A stretch of DNA of 64,000 bases from an uncultured Verrucomicrobiae bacterium (GCA_963837955.1 CAWIPH010000002.1:4976316-5040315); one strand, 5' to 3'. Counted from the first letter of the stretch, positions 50,555-60,515 are shown. The notes: generated by a model not told the origin, from the letters alone. Numbers and translations: made by a program.

Positions 50555-51493
50555 ATGAGTGACAAATCCGAGCACAACAAGCTCGACAGCGATTGCTCCT
50601 TACCTCCTGATCATCCTTTGCCACCAGACCAGCTAGGACGATATAGCCCAGAGCGTGATTTCTACGCCGAAACGGAGATTGCTGAGTACGTAATGGCGGA
50701 GGCTCAAGATGAGACGATCCAACATGTTGAGCGCGTAAAAATCGAATACGTAGTGGGTTCTCCCTATGAAATATGGGATGTTACAACAGACAAAGATCGT
50801 TGGTGGGTAGTAACTAATCCCACGAATCTGTATTCGCAGCGCCATTTCCCAAGCCTCGATTATACGCTCTCGTTCCACGTTGGTCTCATGATGCGCGTCT
50901 CAAGCCGCCAAGAAAGGGCTGGCGAGCCGGAGCCGACGCCGTTCGATGAGGTATTCCGTCGACAGAACCAAGCGTCGGATCTTTTGGAGCGAGCGTTGGA
51001 AGCCGTGGACTTTCAGGCAGTCGGAATGCAGCTTCGTGAATGTCTGATCTCGCTCATTGCTGCGGTTCGGCGCCGCACAACCATAGAAGGTGGGGAAGAG
51101 CGACCTAAAGACGCGGACATCGTTGATTGGAGTCGGATTCTGACGGGACAGTTCTGTCCAGGTCAGCACAACGACGAACTACGAAACTATATAAGAACCA
51201 CTACCGAGAAGGCATGGCAATTGGTCAACTGGCTGACGCACCATCGTAACGCTAATAAGACAGCTTCCATGATCGCGCTGGATGCGGTGGATGCGATTGT
51301 AAAACACTACGTGAGACTGCTGAGCCGCGAACGTGCTGATCGGGTCGATCAATGCCCTCGCTGCGCGTCACGCGGTATCCGTACATTCTTTGATATCGGG
51401 ATTGAACCCGACGGAGCTTACTTCGAGAAATGTAACGCGTGTGGATGGGATAATCATCCTGGATACCCAGACGAGAAAGCAACAACGGATTAG
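50555..51493 (+). CDS. Hypothetical protein with C-terminal zinc ribbon
   Basis: GGAGGT RBS; WDVTTDKDRWWVVTNPTNLY; LVNWLTH; CPRC...CNAC. Confidence 0.75.
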   Translation: MSDKSEHNKLDSDCSLPPDHPLPPDQLGRYSPERDFYAETEIAEYVMAEAQDETIQHVERVKIEYVVGSPYEIWDVTTDKDRWWVVTNPTNLYSQRHFPSLDYTLSFHVGLMMRVSSRQERAGEPEPTPFDEVFRRQNQASDLLERALEAVDFQAVGMQLRECLISLIAAVRRRTTIEGGEERPKDADIVDWSRILTGQFCPGQHNDELRNYIRTTTEKAWQLVNWLTHHRNANKTASMIALDAVDAIVKHYVRLLSRERADRVDQCPRCASRGIRTFFDIGIEPDGAYFEKCNACGWDNHPGYPDEKATTD

Positions 51494-51760
51494 CGATCCG
51501 GAGAGAACGCGAGGATCCGAATGCTCCGAAGTTCGTCCCTACGTGGCAATAGAAAGTTCCGGCAGCAAGCTCTTTCCCAGGCGGATCAAATAGGGCGACC
51601 ATGGTTCATACCATCGTATCGCTGTGGGCCTGGTCATACACCGTGCCGCATGATTGAACCGTCCCATTTTTTACTATAATCAATATGAATCTGCTGACAG
51701 GCTGAGAATTTCTAACCGCGATTCTTCCTTTGTCGACAGTCACAGAAGGAACGAGTTTTC

Positions 51761-52091
51761 GTGCTCATCAAAGGTATAGACTTTCCCGAGAAGCTACTTC
51801 GGGCGCAGATGACAGGCGACTTGGTCATTTTCGCCGGCGCCGGCGTATCGTGTCCGGCGCCGTCATCACTTCCTACTTTTCGGGATTTAGCAAAACAGGT
51901 TGGCAGCAATTCCGGCGTTGAACAAATGGAGAACGAGCCGGAAGATCGGTATCTCGGGCGCTTGGGAGAAAGCGGCGTCCGAGTTCACGAGGCGGTGGCT
52001 CGCATCCTCACTCACCCGCAGAGTCAGCCCAACGATCTCCATAGATTGCTTTTGAAGATTGCGACCACGAAGACCAATGTTCGCCTGGGGA
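51761..52091 (+). pseudogene. Truncated SIR2-like (SIR2_2) protein N-terminus
   Basis: LVIFAGAGVS..LPTF..PNDLH motif; similarity stops where the 116-bp repeat begins. Confidence 0.7.
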
Positions 52092-52207
52092 CGGTCTATA
52101 GGGGTCAGTCAACAAATCTTGACAGATTTTCATCCGGCTTGGGATACGCTTCAGGGCGACGCTTCACCGGCTGTCAAGATTTGTTGACTGACCCCGACTC
52201 GGAACTC
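52092..52207. repeat. 116-bp direct repeat copy 1 containing a 95-bp unit with perfect 25-bp inverted ends
   Basis: GGGGTCAGTCAACAAATCTTGACAG (52101-52125) / CTGTCAAGATTTGTTGACTGACCCC (52171-52195). Confidence 0.9.
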
Positions 52208-52259
52208 TCTCGCCATGCGCGCCGTCTTTGTACCTACGTTTGAAACGAATGCTATTGTT

Positions 52260-52640
52260 TTATAGTGTTTTAATTAATGACGCAACAAATGCGTCCGTTT
52301 CAGCAATCATCCGCTCATCTTCATTATTCTTAGCTCCTAACAATGCATCAACCGCATCTTGACTTGCTTGTGCCTTCGCACTTAATGCAGCAAGAATTTT
52401 AACCTGAGTTGGTGTTCTCAAGTTAGGTGGATATGGCATTAAGCTAGTAAAATGCTCGAACACCGTTGTGAATGCCCATGCATCATCCCCTGCCTGAATT
52501 GCTCCTGGCACTCCTGCTAACCCAGCGAACCATCCGCGCAATACATAGACTATGGCAGAATTTTCAATGTCAGTAAATTCTCCTGCATGTTGAAGTTCAA
52601 AGATTGCTGCTTCTTTTTCGGTTGGAACTGTAGTTTTCAT
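52260..52640 (-). CDS. Hypothetical protein (AT-richer than surroundings)
   Basis: 126-aa ORF between the two direct repeats; no recognised motif. Confidence 0.6.
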   Translation of the reverse strand: MKTTVPTEKEAAIFELQHAGEFTDIENSAIVYVLRGWFAGLAGVPGAIQAGDDAWAFTTVFEHFTSLMPYPPNLRTPTQVKILAALSAKAQASQDAVDALLGAKNNEDERMIAETDAFVASLIKTL

Positions 52641-52752
52641 TTCATTCGAATTCTGATTTGCCCATCGTGGATCGGGTGTTTTTTACTCATTTGGAAGCCA
52701 TGGGCTCCAAACGAACAAGTCTTTCTGATGTGAATTTTGAGACCCATGGGTC

Positions 52753-52935
52753 TCAAAACGTCGATACGCCGTCGAACGCCTGAAGGGCTTTGTGTTCTGC
52801 GAGCAGCGCATGAAACGCTTCGCTGATCTCGGTCTTCGAGTCAGGTTTCTCTCTGATCGCGGCGTCGAAAGCTTTAAGCGCGTCGTCATACTCGCATCCG
52901 GCCGCTACCATCGCCTTAACCTCTTTAGATGTCAT
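52753..52935 (-). CDS. Small hypothetical protein
   Basis: 60-aa helical-looking ORF starting just inside repeat copy 2. Confidence 0.4.
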   Translation of the reverse strand: MTSKEVKAMVAAGCEYDDALKAFDAAIREKPDSKTEISEAFHALLAEHKALQAFDGVSTF

Positions 52936-52937
52936 TG

Positions 52938-53052
52938 CGGTCTATAGGGGTCAGTCAACAAATCTTGACAGATTTCATCCGCCTTGGGATACGCTTCAGG
53001 GCGACGCTTCACCGGCTGTCAAGATTTGTTGACTGACCCCGACTCGGAACTC
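52938..53052. repeat. Direct repeat copy 2
   Basis: Near-identical to 52092-52207, including the flanks CGGTCTATA and GACTCGGAACTC. Confidence 0.9.
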
Positions 53053-53256
53053 AGCTCTATTTCGTGGGAGAGGTCGAAGCGGTTTTCGGTTTCTTGTTCA
53101 TCCCGCTTTTCGTTGCGATTATTGGGTTCCTCGGATGGTGCTGCTGACGGTTGCCAAGGCAAAAAAGTGCGCAACTATCCCAAATTGCGGTGAGCGTAAC
53201 GCACGCCCACGGGCGAATTTCTGAATAAATCCGAGAGTCGCACACGGAGGAAACTC

Positions 53257-54657
53257 ATGTCTCAAGCAGAACAGTTTGAAGTCCTGATCCTTGGCAGTGG
53301 ACAGGGTGGAAAGTTACTGGCTTGGCATATGGCGCGATCGGGGAGACGGACTGCCGTCGTGGAGCGCCGGTGGATCGGGGGTTCCTGCCCTAACATCGCC
53401 TGCCTGCCCAGCAAGAATGAGATTTGGAGCGCGAGGGTCGCACATCTGGTGCATCACGCCCCGCAGTTCGGCACGGCGACCGGTCCGGTCGCTACCGACA
53501 TGGCAAAGGTTCGCCAGCGCAAGCGCGACATGGTCAACCGCGAAATTGATTTCCATTTGCAGCAATACAAGACGAGCGGCGCCGAATTGATCATGGGGAC
53601 TGGGCGTTTTGTGGCACCGAAAACGCTCGAGGTGCGTCTGAACGACGGCGGAACACGCGAACTGGCGGGCGACCAGGTTTTCCTCAACGTCGGAACGCAC
53701 GCGGCAATTCCGAGCGTTCCTGGCCTGGAGGCCGCCCGACCCCTCACACATATTGAGGCTCTGGAGCTCGACTACTTACCGCCACATCTGATCGTGCTCG
53801 GGGGCGGCTATGTCGGCCTCGAATTGGCTCAGGCTTACCTTCGCTTTGGTAGTCGCGTGACGGTCATCCAGTCTGGGCCTCAGCTGATGAGCCGGGAGGA
53901 TCCCGACGTCGCGGATGAAATGCAGCGGATTCTCAGTGAAGAAGGTCTTCAAATTCTAGTGGCAGCTGAGCCCCTCAATGTGCACGGCAAATCCGGAAAG
54001 GAAGTCAGCGTTACCGTGCGCACAACGTCCGGTGAGCAAAAGATCGAAGGCAGCGATATCCTGGTCGCGGCGGGGCGCATTCCGAACACCGCCGGGATCG
54101 GGCTTGAGAAGGCCGGCGTTGAGTTGGATGATCGTGGCTATATTCGCGTCAATGAGCGGCTGGAGACGACTGCGTCCGGTGTCTGGGCCCTGGGCGAATC
54201 CGCCGGTAGCCCACAGTTTACGCATGTGTCGGTCGACGACTTTCGAATCATCAGGGACAATCTGGCTGGAGGGAAGCGCAGCACTCGCGATCGGCTGGTC
54301 CCATACTGCCTGTTCACGGACCCTCCACTTGCCCATGTCGGACTGAGCGAAAGCGATGCGCAACGCCAAGGCGTCACCGTGCGCGTCGCAAGGCTGCCGA
54401 TGAGCGCGGTGTTGCGGACAGAGGCGACGGGCGAAACACAAGGCTTCATGAAGGCTCTTGTCGGGGGGAGTGACGACCGCATTCTCGGCTTCACAATGAT
54501 TGGCTCCGAGGCCGGCGAGGTCATGGTCGCGGTGCAAATGGCGATTCTGGCAAACCTGCCATATTGGAGGGTTCGAGACGCCGTTCTCGTCCACCCGACG
54601 ATAGCGGAAGGACTTGGTACACTCTTTTCGAATGTGCCGCCTGGGTCCGTTCAATAG
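53257..54657 (+). CDS. Pyridine nucleotide-disulfide oxidoreductase (RclA/MerA-like, class I)
   Basis: GSGQGG, GGSCPNIACLPSK redox disulfide, GGGYVGLE, HPTIAE; no MerA C-terminal Cys pair. Confidence 0.9.
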   Translation: MSQAEQFEVLILGSGQGGKLLAWHMARSGRRTAVVERRWIGGSCPNIACLPSKNEIWSARVAHLVHHAPQFGTATGPVATDMAKVRQRKRDMVNREIDFHLQQYKTSGAELIMGTGRFVAPKTLEVRLNDGGTRELAGDQVFLNVGTHAAIPSVPGLEAARPLTHIEALELDYLPPHLIVLGGGYVGLELAQAYLRFGSRVTVIQSGPQLMSREDPDVADEMQRILSEEGLQILVAAEPLNVHGKSGKEVSVTVRTTSGEQKIEGSDILVAAGRIPNTAGIGLEKAGVELDDRGYIRVNERLETTASGVWALGESAGSPQFTHVSVDDFRIIRDNLAGGKRSTRDRLVPYCLFTDPPLAHVGLSESDAQRQGVTVRVARLPMSAVLRTEATGETQGFMKALVGGSDDRILGFTMIGSEAGEVMVAVQMAILANLPYWRVRDAVLVHPTIAEGLGTLFSNVPPGSVQ

Positions 54658-54739
54658 GTCACGCCAAAAAGTGTGTTGTTGACGCCCTTATTCCCGCTTT
54701 CAACGGTTGAGGGCTCCAAACACAAAATAAGGAGAACAC

Positions 54740-55486
54740 ATGAGCAAACTCACAGGTAAAGTCGCAGTCGTCACGGGCGCATCCAAAGGCATCGGGGCAG
54801 CCATCGCGAAGGCACTCGCCGCGGAAGGCGCATCGGTGGTCGTAAACTACGCATCGAGCAAAGCAGGAGCTGATAACGTTGTCGCCGCTATCACCAAGTC
54901 TGGTGGCAAAGCCGTTGCCGTGGGAGGCGACGTCTCCAAAGCTGCTGAGGCGAACGGTATCATCGACGCCGCCATCAAAAACTACGGCCGGCTCGACATC
55001 CTGGTTAACAACTCCGGCGTGTACGAGTTCACCCCCATCGAGGCCATCACCGAAGACCAATTCCACAAGGCATTTAACGTTAACGTGCTCGGTCTTCTGC
55101 TTACCACGCAGGCAGCCGTCAAGCACCTCAGCGAAGGCGCCAGCATCATCAACATCGGCTCCGTTGCCAGTCGCATCACACCTCCGAACAGCGTGGTTTA
55201 CACCGGCACCAAGGGCGCGGTTGACGCCATCACCGGCGTGCTCTCCCGCGAGCTGGGCCCGAAGAAGATCCGGGTCAACACCATCAATCCCGGCGTGGTC
55301 GAGACTGAAGGCACCCACAGCGGCGGCGTCATCGGATCTGATTTCGAGAAGGCCGCCATTGCGCAGACTCCGCTCGGCCGCATCGGCCAACCTGGCGACA
55401 TCGCCTCCATCGCTGTCTTTCTGGCGTCGGAAGACTCCGCCTGGCTCACCGGCGAGCAACTTCTCGCCACCGGTGGCCTTCGCTAG
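54740..55486 (+). CDS. SDR family oxidoreductase
   Basis: TGASKGIG, NNSG, YTGTK; AGGAG RBS. Confidence 0.92.
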   Translation: MSKLTGKVAVVTGASKGIGAAIAKALAAEGASVVVNYASSKAGADNVVAAITKSGGKAVAVGGDVSKAAEANGIIDAAIKNYGRLDILVNNSGVYEFTPIEAITEDQFHKAFNVNVLGLLLTTQAAVKHLSEGASIINIGSVASRITPPNSVVYTGTKGAVDAITGVLSRELGPKKIRVNTINPGVVETEGTHSGGVIGSDFEKAAIAQTPLGRIGQPGDIASIAVFLASEDSAWLTGEQLLATGGLR

Positions 55487-55902
55487 TCCGTAGACAACTG
55501 TTTGATAGGAGGCTGCAACTTCCAGCCGGCGGCGGCGGCGTTACTTTCATCCGAAGAGCGTCACATGGGCTCATTTCCAACCGTGTCCGGTATATGACTT
55601 CGGATCATAGGGTTGCAGGTTCGAGCCCTGCCGGGTGCATGAACGACTTATGCGTCGATCGGGAAGCTCGCCGGAGTGACTCGGCCACTTCTCGGCCATT
55701 TTTGAAGTGAGATCCAGTCGGGTCGGCCGTACCATTCCCGGTCATTGGATCGACACTTTCTTGATGTCAAACAACGCTAGGTGCTAAGACGGCAACTTAT
55801 GGAGGCGACTCGGCTGCGGCGAGGCAGGCGTTCATCAAAGTAGCAGCCTAAGAAGAATCTATCATTTTCAAATTCGATTTTCTGCCGGTTGCTTTGCTCA
55901 AC

Positions 55903-55920
55903 ATTGGACTAAGGTCCTAT
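55903..55920. promoter_or_regulatory. Palindromic motif TWGGAC-N4-GTCCWA
   Basis: ATTGGACTAAGGTCCTAT upstream of hydrolase; four more copies at 60496, 62429, 62514 and 62915. Confidence 0.55.
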
Positions 55921-56012
55921 TTCGCAGCCGGGAAAAGAATGGCAGCATTAGCGCTCAGCTCATTTCTTTGGTGGCAGTGAAGGCCAGCGACCTCTCAACC
56001 ACGTCTAACAAC

Positions 56013-58046
56013 ATGGCATGCGAATTACCATCGATAGGTCATAGAGGCCCAGGTAGGCAGCTAAGCCGGCTTCTCCTGTTTCTATGCTACCTCGTAATCT
56101 CTAGCGGTTGTGTCACGCAGCAAGCGTCGAACCGCAACCTCCCGCTTTCGGGAGCTCAGCTAAGTCTGGACGAAGCACGCCGGACACAAGCTGATCCACG
56201 GACCGCCGTGGGCCATTATCTGGATGCAGCCCATACATCCTTGGCCTTGATGAGCAGCCCAACCGGCGAACAGGCGACAGACGCCCGGCTAACCTACAAC
56301 AGTGCATGCCAGGAAATGGCCGTGTTACTCCGGTCCAGTAACCAGCTCTGGAATCGGACCACCACCATTCAATCGGGCGATCACACGTACCAATTGCGTT
56401 TTGCTGGCGGTTCGCATCAGGCCGGCACCTGGGACCCGAATTACTTCGACTTTTTCCGTACACCAAAACAGTTGCATAGCAAACTTCCCATTGAAACGCG
56501 ACGCACCAGTGGTTGGGGCGGCATGTTAGCGGGAGTGCATAAACCGGCAGATCCCAGGAAATTCTTTCTGCCCCTCGCTGGCCTCGCGGTCCCGGTAACC
56601 GCCACGGTCGACTTCACCAAACTCGGTTCCAAGGCCGATGGCGTTCGGGAAGCTACTTTCAGCCTCTATGAGCCGGCCAGACGAGAGACGATTCGGATCG
56701 CTGGTGGGCAGAGACCGTTGGCGGCTGACTTCGCCGCCCCGTTTGCTTATTACCCCAATCCGATGCTTTTGGGCATCCAAGCCATGATGCACCCGGAAAA
56801 GTACCAGGAACGAGCGGGACTCTATCTGCTGGAGCCTTATGATCCGGACAAGATCCCGTTAGTTTTTGTCCATGGCTTGCTGTCGATACCTCAGATGTGG
56901 GTTCCCACGGTCAGCGCAATCCAGTCCGATCCGGAGTTGCGCGGCCGGTTTCAATTTTGGGTTTTCGCTTATCCGACTGGCGACCCAATTGCGTTGTCCG
57001 CTCTCCGGTTTCGGGAAAGCTTACAGCGCATTTATCAACTCTATCCCCGAACGAAGGGCATGGTTCTGATTGGTCACAGTATGGGCGGATTAGTTATTCG
57101 GATGCAGGCGGTGCGTACCGAGCGTGTCTTATGGAACGGCGTGCTCCAGAGTGACGCGGATCGGCTCTACGCGACAACTCCGTCCGACAATTTAGTCAAA
57201 AGGGCCCTGATCTTCGATGCGAACCCTCATGTGGAAAGGCTCGTTTTCATCTGTGTCCCACATCGCGGCAGTTATCTTGCGACTAACTGGATCGGCGCGA
57301 TCGGCGTCAGTCTCATTCGCCTTCCCAGCACTATGTTGAGTCAAGTCGGGCAGGGGCTCAGCGGGTCGATCTTGAAGAACATGGGCTTGAAACGCATACC
57401 GACCGGGATCAATGGTCTTTCTCCGCGGAACCCTGTCCTTCGCTCACTCGATACTATTCCCATCGCGGTTCCTTACTACTCGATCATTGGCGATCGGGGT
57501 CGCGGCGATACTCCGAACAGTTCGGACGGCGTGGTACCCTATTGGAGTTCGCATCTTGCCGGGGCCCAATCGGAACTGATCGTGCCGGGGCCGCATGGCT
57601 CCTATGCTCTTCCGCAAACCATTGCCGAACTGAAACGTATTCTTCGTCTGCATTTAGCGACTCTCGGCCGTTCGGCCTCAAGGGATACCTCAAAAGAATC
57701 ACATTTGACTCGCGGGCCGGTGGCTCGGCGTTTGCCACCTGTTTGGCAGGCCCTCGCTAGCTATTGCTATAGCTCTCAGGAAATAAGGATTATGTACGCT
57801 CTCATAATTGCTTTGATCGTATTCGCATGCGTGGCCGGCGGCGCGCTGATCGGTTCGCTTCTGGGTGCGGTTTTGCCGTCTCAGCATCTCAGTAACGAGG
57901 GCGAAAGACAGTGTGAAAGTTGGCATGGGACTCATTGGGACAATGACCGCCATCCTTCTCGGTCTTCTGATCGCTTCGGCCAAGAGTTTCTTCGACACGC
58001 AGAATACCGAACTGACGGAAATGTCCGCCAAAGTCATTTTGCTTGA
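56013..58046 (+). CDS. Alpha/beta hydrolase lipoprotein-like (ORF reads through into next gene)
   Basis: Lipobox-like ISSGC; FVHGLLS, GHSMGG, PHRGS, SDGVVPYWSSH; hydrolase similarity ends near 57660. Confidence 0.8.
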   Translation: MACELPSIGHRGPGRQLSRLLLFLCYLVISSGCVTQQASNRNLPLSGAQLSLDEARRTQADPRTAVGHYLDAAHTSLALMSSPTGEQATDARLTYNSACQEMAVLLRSSNQLWNRTTTIQSGDHTYQLRFAGGSHQAGTWDPNYFDFFRTPKQLHSKLPIETRRTSGWGGMLAGVHKPADPRKFFLPLAGLAVPVTATVDFTKLGSKADGVREATFSLYEPARRETIRIAGGQRPLAADFAAPFAYYPNPMLLGIQAMMHPEKYQERAGLYLLEPYDPDKIPLVFVHGLLSIPQMWVPTVSAIQSDPELRGRFQFWVFAYPTGDPIALSALRFRESLQRIYQLYPRTKGMVLIGHSMGGLVIRMQAVRTERVLWNGVLQSDADRLYATTPSDNLVKRALIFDANPHVERLVFICVPHRGSYLATNWIGAIGVSLIRLPSTMLSQVGQGLSGSILKNMGLKRIPTGINGLSPRNPVLRSLDTIPIAVPYYSIIGDRGRGDTPNSSDGVVPYWSSHLAGAQSELIVPGPHGSYALPQTIAELKRILRLHLATLGRSASRDTSKESHLTRGPVARRLPPVWQALASYCYSSQEIRIMYALIIALIVFACVAGGALIGSLLGAVLPSQHLSNEGERQCESWHGTHWDNDRHPSRSSDRFGQEFLRHAEYRTDGNVRQSHFA

Positions 58047-58548
58047 CCGTATCCTTGCGCATTACGGGCCAGAGACTAAGGAGACCCGCAATCTATTGCG
58101 CAGCGCTATTAGCGGCGCACTGGATGCGATGGAGCGGAAAGCGAGTTCCCAACATTCGGGGGCGCCAGCAGAGGCCGGCGGAGCGGAGATTCTCGCCGAT
58201 AAAATTCAAGACTTATCGCCACAGAACGATGCTCAACGGTCATTACAGAACCAGGCGCTCAGTGTCGCGGTCGACCTCGCGAAAACACGCTGGCTAATGT
58301 CACAACAGGCTAGCGGCTCTGTTTCCCTGCCGTTGCTAGTGGTGGTGGTTTTCTGGCTCGCTCTTATTTTCTGCAGCTTTGGTCTCCTGGCACCGCGCAC
58401 GCCAATCGTTGCGGCCACCTTAGCTCTCTGCGCCTTGTCTGTCGCAGCCGCTATCTTCCTAGTAGTAGACATGTACAGTCCCTTCGGTGGAATTATTCAT
58501 CTCTCTAGCGCTCCACTGCAGACCGCTCTCGCTCATCTCGGTAAATAG
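57792..58548 (+). pseudogene. DUF4239-like membrane protein split by a frameshift
   Basis: MYALII...HLSNE continues as AKDSVKVGMGLIGTMTAILLGLLIASAK if one G is removed from GGG 57899-57901. Confidence 0.7.
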
Positions 58549-58727
58549 TGGAGAGCACTATCTGTGTGTCGGATTTTAGTTTGTCCCGAAGGGACTATTA
58601 TGAAAGTAGTCAGGTACGAAGTGCCTGGAAAAGCAAAAAAAGAGTACCGTCCCGTGAGGGACGCAATGAAAGTAGCCCGGTACGAAGTGCTGGGTGAGGC
58701 ATTGAAAGACAGCCCCGTCCCGGAGGG

Positions 58728-60192
58728 GCTTGTCGGACTTTTCAATTGGGTAGCAGATCTGGTAAAAAGGTGGATGCCAGAGCGATATGTAGTCATTGAT
58801 CGGCAGACGCCGATGTTGTTGCCGGTCGATTTGCGAGATTGGGTGGCAAAGGATGATTTGGCGCGCTTGATAGCGGAGGCGGTCGATCAATGCGATCTAC
58901 GGCTAGCTTGTACCAATGAGCGGGGTAGCGGTAGTGCGCAGTATCCGCCTGGAATGATGTTGGGCTTACTGATTTACGCTTATGCGCGAGGAGTATTTTC
59001 TTCCCGGCGCATCGAACAACTCAGTTACGAAAGCCTTTCGGTGCGTTACTTGTGTGGCAACACCCATCCGGATCACGATACCATCGCGAAGTTTCGGCGA
59101 GAGAACGGAGCGTTATTTCGAGAGTGTTTCCGTAGCGTGTTATTGTTGGCGCGGGAATTAGGATTGGTTCGAGTGGGCAAGCTAGCAGTGGATGGAACGC
59201 GACTGGAAGCCAACGCCAATCGCCATCGCTTCAGCACGCGGGAGCAATTAGAGCAAGAAAGGGCTCGAGTCGAAGAGCTCATTAGCGAGCTGATCCAACG
59301 AGGGGAAGCGGCTGATCAAGCTGAAGAGGGCGAAGCAGAGACTGAAGGCTTGCCAGCGGAGTTAGCCGATGGGCAAAAGCGCCGTAAGGCCATCAAAGAA
59401 GCTCTAGAGCGCATCAAGCAACGAGAAGCCCAGCAGCAAGCCGAAAAAGAGCAATTAGCCCAGAGCGGTCGTCAGAGCCAGGCCAAGGAGGTACGGATGA
59501 ATTTGACCGATCCAGACTGTGGGATCTTACACCGTAAAGGGGCAGGTACAGTCATTGGCTATAACGCCGAAATTGGAGTCGATATCCAAGGTGCAGGCCT
59601 GATTGTGACTAATGCCGTCAGTGCCAAAGGGGGCGACGCGGAGTTATTGAACCAAGTCCTTGAGCAGCTCGCTCCCGAGTTAGGAGCAGTAAAGGAAGTG
59701 GTCGTCGATTGTGGCTATGAGAGCGGACCCAAAGCCTATGAGCTGGAAAAGAGCCTTGGCACCAAAGTCTATTATCCTCCCCGTCCGATCCAAGTCAGTG
59801 CTAGTGGACCAAAACATCGCAACAGCCATAGGCAACGCTTGGCGCGACACATGCGTTATTTAATCAAAAAACGCATCGAGTCCCCCACGGACAGTGGTTG
59901 CAACGTCGGCGCCAAACGGTAGCTGAGGGTGCTTTTGGTTTTATCAAACGCGCGTTGGGCTTTCAGCGCTTCAGTCTACGCGGCTTGCAAAAAGTTCAGA
60001 CCGAATGGCAACTAGTCTGCTTGGCCTTTAACCTGCGCAAACTGGCCTAAAGAAAACAAAAAGGCTCTGCACCTACCCGCAGCTCCCTTCGCGGAAAATT
60101 ACGGCTTACCTCAAAGGTGATCGCAATCCTCCCCTTTACCGTCTCCCTTCCGCCAAAAAAAAGCGGAAAAAACATCACGAAGTCCGACGGCC
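58728..60192 (+). mobile_element. IS1182-family insertion sequence
   Basis: Terminal IRs with core GTCGGACTT/AAGTCCGAC; flanking duplication CCCGGAGGG (58719-58727, 60193-60201). Confidence 0.8.
58774..60050 (+). pseudogene. IS1182-family transposase with frameshift near 59885
   Basis: YPPGMMLGLLIYAY..SSRRIE, PDHDTIAKFR, VDGTRLEANA, TDPD, VDCGY; C-terminus (AEGAFGFIK..GFQRFSLRG..NLRKL*) in another frame. Confidence 0.85.
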
Positions 60193-60495
60193 CCCGGAGG
60201 GACGATCGATTGGCCGCTTGCGCTCGTGAAGCCGTATGTGAGATACGAGGAGCCAAACGTTTCTATCGTCGCTGCCGCGACGGACAATTCCTTTTTGTAT
60301 CATTTCCAGGCACTTCGTACCTGGCTACTTTCGTGAAGTGCCTGCGGAACAAGTTAAATCCGACACACACCTCTAGGCCGTCTCTATATAACGAATCTGT
60401 TTCCGCTAAACCGGTAACCGAAAGGAGAACGAGTTACCTGATTGGACCTTAAGCGGCCCACATCTAGCTAATGCGGCCATTTCCAGGTGCTGCAA

Positions 60496-60515
60496 TATTG
60501 GACTAAGGTCCAATA
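60496..60515. promoter_or_regulatory. Palindromic motif
   Basis: TATTGGACTAAGGTCCAATA upstream of SYLF gene. Confidence 0.6.

Larger units (their letters stand above)
48887..55641. mobile_element. tRNA-Arg-anchored genomic island (no integrase seen)
   Basis: 52-bp direct repeat of the tRNA 3' part at 48887-48938 and 55590-55641. Confidence 0.8.
58563..60369. repeat. REPIN-like element interrupted by an IS
   Basis: Inverted ends GTGTGTCGGATTT..GAAAGTAG(T/C)CAGGTACGAAGTGCCTGGAAA at ~58563-58630 and ~60300-60369. Confidence 0.7.

Noticed and set aside
52092..53052. Integron attC sites or CRISPR repeats
   Set aside because: No RYYYAAC/GTTRRRY ends, no integron integrase, only two copies, and the unit is too long for a CRISPR repeat
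53257..54657. True mercuric reductase MerA
   Set aside because: No C-terminal Cys-Cys pair, no NmerA domain and no mer operon genes
54659..55459. 266-aa antisense ORF (likewise 45408-46115, 53956-54654, 60671-61279)
   Set aside because: Shadow ORFs opposite well-supported genes; no recognisable motifs
55968..58046. Genuine 692-aa hydrolase-membrane protein fusion
   Set aside because: The downstream part has its own RBS-like sequence and ATG (57792) and shifts frame at 57900; better explained as two genes plus indels
58564..58773. N-terminal extension of the transposase
   Set aside because: It lies in the host REP element, mostly outside the IS left end; ATG 58774 is the plausible start
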